Both the position numbers and the translations under genes were made by a program. A stretch of DNA of 12,837 bases from a bacterium (GTDB lineage Bacteria; SAR324; NAC60-12), in assembly GCA_965233585.1 (NCBI GenBank), contig CBDDTI010000678.1, positions 1-12,837 of the forward strand, written 5' to 3'. The notes beneath the pieces were generated by a model. That model had not been told where the DNA came from. It did not search any database and saw only the letters and a program-made list of their open reading frames with translations. Of the stretch, positions 7,605-12,837 are shown one piece after another (the stretch's first letter is position 1; each line of letters begins with the position of its first letter).

Positions 7605-8012
7605 ACTAAAGTATTTACTTAATTACATTTACATACTACTTGACCCTACACCTACATTGTACATTACACTAACCACATACTACTACACTACTTAGTAAAT
7701 TACTCAATTGTTATATACTATGTGACTCTACTTTTCATCTGCAATGTATACTACTAACAATACTACACACCACTACACTACTTACTAGTAAGTTACTGTA
7801 TGTTAATTACTTTACATACTACTTGTCCCTACACCAACATTGTATATTACACTAACCACATACTACTACTACTTCTTGGTAAATTACTCAATTGTTATAT
7901 ACTATGTGACTCTGCTTTCCATGTACAATGTATACTACAATACTACACGCCACTTCACTATTTACTAGTAAGTTATTTATTAATAATTACATTACATACT
8001 AGTTGACCCTAC
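7605..8012. repeat. Tandem repeat, ~180-184-bp unit, ~2.2 copies, TAC/ACT-rich
   Basis: AATTAC..TACATACTA-TTG-CCCTAC recurs at 7621, 7805 and 7985. GTAAATTACTCAATTGTTATATACTATGTGACTCT is identical in both full copies. Confidence 0.9.
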
Positions 8013-8104
8013 TTTACATCTAAATACAACATGCTATGATTGGCTATCAACAGGTCTTACAATGTGGTAAATAGCCTTGAATTGCTACTACAACAACATT
8101 TTAA

Positions 8105-8350
8105 AATATTGACCTAAAAATAAATGAGCCCTTCACTGGGAAATAATAGCCCCAGGTCATGGCAGTACTGAGTGAGTGCACTGGGGTTCGTACAAAAATG
8201 ACACAGGGCCAATGTTCCCCAGTAAAGTTTGAGCAAGCTAGGCTTGTAAGTAGTTAACTACATGGCACTCAAAACAAAAAATTCACAGGTTATGACTATG
8301 ACTGGCTATTCACAGGCTATGACTGTTTCCATGGAAATGGTCCATATGCT
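8105..8350. mobile_element. Degenerate fragment of an interspersed repeat (family unassigned)
   Basis: ggtcatggcagtactg...gttcgtacaaaaatgacacagggccaatgttccccagta...gagcaagctagg...tttccatggaaatggtccatatg resembles a CpG-decayed copy of a cnidarian repeat (recalled only). Local direct repeat at 8281-8297 / 8308-8324. Confidence 0.4.
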
Positions 8351-8560
8351 ATTTTAAAAAAAAAAGAAGGAAATTCAGCAAGTCTTATGCTTGATAAGGA
8401 TAAAAACTTTGGGGTCTCTTTAGTTTTGATTTTAGAATTTGATAATGTCATGTGGAAACAATCTGTAGCTATTATTTACCAGAATTGTTGTCCTATTCAG
8501 TTTTTGATCATTACGTTTTGTCTTGTGCGTAAAAAGAATTTTATGGCATAAAAAACTCAC

Positions 8561-8648
8561 AATAACAGGTGTGTTGTCCTCCATTGATAAAGACGATCTT
8601 TCCATGTTATCCTGAGACCCACTGTCATTACTACCCTGTGGACCAGAC
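8561..8648 (-). CDS. EXOC2: EXOC2 internal exon (Ser-rich linker): (L)SGPQGSNDSGSQDNMERSSLSMEDNTPVI
   Basis: gagtag| acceptor and |gtgagt consensus donor; 88 nt, phase 2 to 0, exactly bridging the phases of the flanking exons. Lies within ORF 8432..8671. Confidence 0.82.
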
Positions 8649-8769
8649 CTACTCGGCACATGAAAGAACAAACAGTCCTATTGTAACTTTACCCTGTTAA
8701 TCAGACCTTCTCAGCCTATCATTAGAGAACAAAACAGACCTACTGTCACCACTTCCCTGTCAGTCAGAC
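8615..8769. repeat. Degenerate ~60-bp tandem triplication spanning an EXOC2 acceptor and exon start
   Basis: Units start at 8615, 8674 and 8736; units 1 and 3 match at 26 of their first 34 nt. Confidence 0.75.
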
Positions 8770-8789
8770 TCATTATACAGTCACCAGGT

Positions 8790-9072
8790 GTATCTATTTA
8801 TTTCCCCTTCAAATGGAATGGTTGGCCAGTATGTAGGATTACCTCCCCCCAGATTTTTATGTCCCAGTAACCATCTATACACTTGACAGGTGAGAGGCCA
8901 TCTAGGAGTAAAAGGTCTTTCCTGACAACATGTTTTTTACTGAACTAGCATGAGGTCTGTATTGCAGAATTCTTGGTCAATCATGTTCTTTCGTTTTTCA
9001 AGTTTATGCAAGTTTATTTCATTGCTGACCAGTTATGACCCTTACTAGGGCTCAAACCTGGACCACAAGTCC
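8790..9072 (-). mobile_element. Highly decayed tRNA-derived SINE relic, possibly interrupted at ~8935-9030
   Basis: ggattacctccccccag...taaccatctatacac...gagagg...gagtaaaaggtctt resembles the antisense core of a widespread invertebrate SINE (recalled). gggctcaaacctgg near 9048-9061 reads as a degenerate B-box on the minus strand. Confidence 0.42.
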
Positions 9073-9116
9073 ATGTGCTTTTCACATAATTTTCTTTGCC
9101 ATAAATTTTTGATGTT

Positions 9117-9244
9117 GGAAAATATCCATACCGAAGTACCCAACCCAAGAAGAATGATTGGATATTCCAAGGGGGAAAGAGGAAAGGGGTTTCAAGCCAA
9201 AACCCTCTGTGTGGGGTATGCAGAAATTTTCTGGAAACACACTG
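9117..9244. mobile_element. Short degenerate MITE
   Basis: Imperfect IR GGAAAATATCCATACC (9117-9132) / GGTATGCAGAAATTTTCTGG (9215-9234) around a G-rich core; resembles a common coral MITE (recalled). Confidence 0.5.
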
Positions 9245-9336
9245 TTGCAAAATTCTTAAAAAGGGGAATTGTATGCTGACTGCAATAGAAGCAACAAACA
9301 CCAGCTTTACCATGCATGCATTCAACAGACACTTAC

Positions 9337-9401
9337 AAGGAGACTTTGTCTGATTCCTGATCAGGTTGAAAGGCCAAATTTTGAAGGCACTCAGTGAATG
9401 C
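9337..9401 (-). CDS. EXOC2: EXOC2 internal exon: AFTECLQNLAFQPDQESDKVS(L)
   Basis: tttcag| acceptor and |gtaagt consensus donor; 65 nt, phase 0 to 2. Parallels human VFIYCLEQLSTKPD (recalled). Confidence 0.88.
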
Positions 9402-9924
9402 CTGAAACATGAAAAAGAAAGATGGTAATCATCATTTTACAAACACACCAATTAACCACAAAAGGTATTATAAAATAGGCAAAACAAGTTGTAAGTACCA
9501 GCAGGTTACTTGATTTGCATTGGACATTGCCACCACATTGACAGCTGGTTCTCACGTTTTTGCCATCAGCATCATGGTCACTAAATAATTATTTGATCTA
9601 TGTATCTCCAGGATTGGTTCCAAACCATCAATAAGATTATTTTTCAAGCCAACTCTACACGGAAGTTAACCTTGGAATTCTGTTCTATAATATTTCAAAA
9701 AAAGACTTTCTACTGCTGAGGTCAAGTGAGTGTTTGAACAGACTCCTACACGTGCATAAATGATTTTTTAATCTTATGCTGGCTTCTACTTAGTGACTTA
9801 AGTAGCTAAAAAATTCCAGATTGTCAGGTAGAGCCCAGTGAGTTATATAATATCATGGTACTCACTGGAACAGTTGTAAACTAAACTTGTCACTAACACA
9901 TCCCGAATCTAGTGATAAACAAAC

Positions 9925-9975
9925 CTGGAACATGTCCTTAAAAAGATCAACAGCACTTGCCTTCAGCTGTAGATT
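9925..9975 (-). CDS. EXOC2: EXOC2 internal exon: NLQLKASAVDLFKDMFQ
   Basis: ccttcttccttacag| acceptor and CAG|gtttgt donor; 51 nt, phase 0-0. A second in-frame CAG 9 nt downstream makes the 5' boundary slightly uncertain. Position matches human EEVCQLSINIMQ (recalled). Confidence 0.8.
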
Positions 9976-10441
9976 CTGTAAGGAAGAAGGTTATCTGATG
10001 TGTGTAGACTGACAATGACAATGGGCTTAAATTTACACCAACTTGATGATCACTCATACTACCGGTACAAAAAGCATCATGTCACCTTTGGTTTCTACTG
10101 TATGTTATGTGAATGACAGCCACCTCAGTTGCAATTCATTTTATAAAATTATTCAACATTTTTAAATTTAACTTACTAACTAATTAGAAACAATCAAAAC
10201 AGTTGCTATCGTTTTAAGGGCAGAGACAAAGTTCCTCCACTCCTGTCTGTACATGTAAATAGTAGCACTCAGACATTAAACTGACCATAAAGTTTTCATT
10301 CAAACCAAACTTTAAAGACCAGTTTTCCATCAAGCATGATCTACCAGCAAATTGCAATTTAATTGTACTATAAAGAAACAGCAATAGACCAGGTTATCCT
10401 TAGCTAGTAAAATGCAATTCTACTTGATAAGTCATTTTTAC

Positions 10442-10525
10442 CTTCCTTTGCTCTGTGTCTCCACTTGTGGCCATTTCCCTTAACATGTGAAGTGTTTCCA
10501 TGACAATGTTTTCAAACATCAGTGG
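10442..10525 (-). CDS. EXOC2: EXOC2 internal exon: PLMFENIVMETLHMLREMATSGDTEQRK
   Basis: ttacag| acceptor and |gtaaaa donor; 84 nt, phase 0-0, open. Parallels human PCQFEQCIVCSLQSLKGVL (recalled). Confidence 0.88.
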
Positions 10526-11041
10526 CTGTAATGTATTGAATACTGTTAATGCGAGAAAACAAGAAGCTAAAGAGCTTCGAACTGGGCCTGTTATGTAAAT
10601 TTACATGAAATATAAGGAGCAACACAGGGCAACCTTTGAGAAAGCTGACTCGTGCAAGTCAAACAAATAATTATGGTGTCTATGAAACTGAGTCCTCAGA
10701 AGTCATGCACCTCGTCAGAACCTATAATTTCACACACTAGTTGTTCCATGTAACTGGAATGTTCTATGGATTATTGCTTCTCAGTCAATCCTCTTAAGCC
10801 TTCTGAGGGGTAAATGGCACCTCCTACTACTTATGTTTCTTTCTAGTGTAAAAGTATTTACCTTTATTGCTATAGAAAAACAATAAAAAAACAAAGAATA
10901 TTTCAGTAATGTCGACTGTATCGAGTGAAAATCTTTCAAAGGCAAGAAACCCTTAGTTACAAAAATGATTAATGTCACTAATGGAACACCATACCTTAAC
11001 TGAAATTTAATACACATCCATGATCTATGTTTGGCATTTAA

Positions 11042-11594
11042 AGTGTGTATGGATTGACAGATTTTTTTGTTTGCTCAATTAAATCTCCACAATGTACTGA
11101 TAAGTATAGCATAAAATTTTTCGATAGCGATTTTCCTTCCTCGTGTTTTGATGTTCCAAAAGCGTCAAATTTCACTACCGGTGGGTACAAAACCGCAAGA
11201 CCAAAAACAGGAGACTGGGAATGATTGTGACGTCATTTCAGGACTCCAAGCATTGCGAAAAACAGATTTCTCCGACATGTTCTTATTTTCTTACAAACAA
11301 CACACTATTGTACCATTTCTTAGCAAATTGATTAGCTCACAATAAGAAAATGACTGAAAAATCTGTTTTTCGCGAGGCTTGGAGTCCTGAAATGACGACA
11401 CAATTGTTCCCAGTCTCCTGTTTTTGGTCTCGCGGTTTTGAACCCCACTGGAAGTGAAATTTGACGCTTTTGGTACATCAAAACATGGGGAAGGAAAATC
11501 GCTATCGAAGTTTTTTTTTGCTATACTTATCAGTTCATTGGGGAGATTGAATCCAGCAAGTAAAAAAATCTGTCATACACTTACACTATACACT
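11042..11594. mobile_element. Palindromic MITE with TTAA target duplication (Kolobok-like)
   Basis: TTAA at 11038-11041 and 11595-11598; termini AGTGT...ACACT; ~250-bp inverted arms (11042-11287 / 11341-11594) around a ~53-bp spacer. A 5'-RR terminus with TTAA favours Kolobok over piggyBac. Confidence 0.85.
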
Positions 11595-11749
11595 TTAAAG
11601 ATTTTGACACTGTCGCCTCTGTGAACTACTAGAGTGCACAGTAGCCAAGAATTCTAGGTCGTATTCAACCAAAATTTTCCATATTAAGTAATTATATTAA
11701 GTCACTTCTAAAAGGTAATTTGTTTAGTGGCCACAGCCAGGTACCTTAC

Positions 11750-11823
11750 CAGGCTTGTAATCCGACCAACATTTTCCTGTAACTCTAAACTCCAGAGCTC
11801 ATTGCAATGTAAGGACTTGATGT
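11750..11823 (-). CDS. EXOC2: Exocyst complex component 2 (Sec5), internal exon: (x)IKSLHCNELWSLELQENVGRITSL
   Basis: On the minus strand, tttcag| acceptor and |gtaagg donor; 74 nt, phase 1 to 0. The peptide parallels human EXOC2 [21 protein letters not shown] (recalled) and splices in frame to the next exon. Confidence 0.88.
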
Positions 11824-12019
11824 CTGAAACGATTTGTCACAAGTTTTCAACTTAGCAGACACTTCAGATAATAGTTTAAGAGACAACTTGAGATAAACCT
11901 TTACAAGATAAACACATTTGCTTTTGAACCAAAGTCAGATTGCCTGTTGAAAAATGTTAAATTACAAATTAAAAAGAAGAGGAATATATTTAATGTTTAA
12001 AAGAATAAATAAACGCACT

Positions 12020-12672
12020 AGTCAAGTTCAGTTGAGTTGAGTTGTAATGCGGTTGTTGAAGTGGGTTGAGTTGTGATAGTACAGTAGAGTTGTAATGCCG
12101 GAGTCGAGTTGGGTTGGGTTGTGGTGGTAGAGTATAGTTGTGTTGATGGAGTTGAGTTGAGTTGAGTTGTGATGGTAGAGTATAGTTGTGTTGGTGGAGT
12201 CAAGTTGAATTGAGTTGTGATGGTAGAGCATAGTTGTGTTGGTGGAGTCAAGTTGAATTGAGTTGTGATGGTAGAGTATAGTTGTGTTGGTAGAGTATAT
12301 AGTTGTGTTGGTAGAGTCGAGTCAAGTAGAGTTGTGATGGTAGAGTAAAGCTGTGACGGTAAAGTCAAGTTGAGTTGAATTGAGTTGTGATGGTGGAGTT
12401 AAGTGAAGTCAAGTAGAGTTGTGATAGTAGAGTAAAGTTGTGATAGTGGATGCGAGTCGAGTTGAGATGGTAGAGTATATAGTTGTGTTGGTGGGGTTGA
12501 GTTGAGTAGATTTGTGATGGTAGAGCAAAGTTGTAAAAGTACATGTAGAGTCAAGTTGAAATGTGATGGTAGAGTATACTTGTGATGGTGGAGTCGAGTC
12601 AAGTTGAGTTGAGTTGTGATAGTAGAGTAAAGTTGTGAAGGTGGAGTTGAGTCGAGTTGTGATGGTAGAGTA
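12020..12672. repeat. G/T-rich minisatellite with a ~48-bp higher-order unit
   Basis: GTTGTGATGGTAGAGTATAGTTGTGTTGGTGGAGTCAAGTTGAATTGA-type units recur at 12166, 12214 and 12262. Built from two ~19-bp subunits plus GTTGA-like pentamers; the unit degenerates outward. Confidence 0.95.
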
Positions 12673-12675
12673 AAT

Positions 12676-12837
12676 AGAGGGTCTATTATAGTCTAGCGGT
12701 TTGGCGGTTTCAGCCAATTTTGAGTGCCGGTTTGCCATTTCATTCACATTTATCTGGCGGTTTACAGTTAAGAAATTACCGTGCGGTTGCGGGAAATCGT
12801 GAATTTAGCTTGTGGTTTTTGGTTTTTGCATTTTTTT
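12676..12837. mobile_element. Probable terminus of another DNA transposon, truncated by the window edge
   Basis: Abrupt change after the minisatellite to CpG-containing sequence with repeated GCGGTT(T) motifs, typical of subterminal repeats. The partner end is not visible. Confidence 0.35.

Noticed and set aside
7800..8006. 68-aa ORF
   Set aside because: It lies entirely within the ~180-bp tandem repeat and is low complexity.
12020..12672. CRISPR array
   Set aside because: The units are contiguous degenerate tandem repeats with no unique spacers, there are no cas genes, and the context is a eukaryotic intron.
12018..12747. Thr/Gln/Leu-rich repetitive ORFs as a mucin-like protein
   Set aside because: Several frames are open because of minisatellite composition. 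There is no splice or phase link to EXOC2 and no recognisable domain.

Overview
Eukaryotic, AT-rich, intron-rich animal genomic DNA; the repeat families resemble those I recall from stony corals and other cnidarians (inference). The host gene is EXOC2/Sec5 (exocyst component 2) on the minus strand. Six phase-compatible GT-AG exons (11823-11750, 10525-10442, 9975-9925, 9401-9337, 8648-8561, 7307-7191) splice into one open frame. I found no further EXOC2 exon below 7191, so 1-7190 appears to be one long intron filled with nested mobile DNA. The main content of that intron is a decayed, intron-containing plus-strand gene of about 8 exon pieces (309-5804) that the ORF track largely misses. Its motifs resemble an Academ-like (DUF6589-like) transposase with the centre deleted. 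One exon is split by a 1339-bp foldback element with a perfect 9-bp TSD and nested palindromes, and a 5'-truncated RTE-type LINE follows. Other introns hold a TTAA-flanked palindromic MITE, MITE/SINE relics, tandem repeats, a triplicated EXOC2 splice-acceptor region and probable TA-type excision footprints. No prokaryotic system, CRISPR array, rRNA or intact tRNA is seen. Family assignments come from remembered motifs, not from searches.
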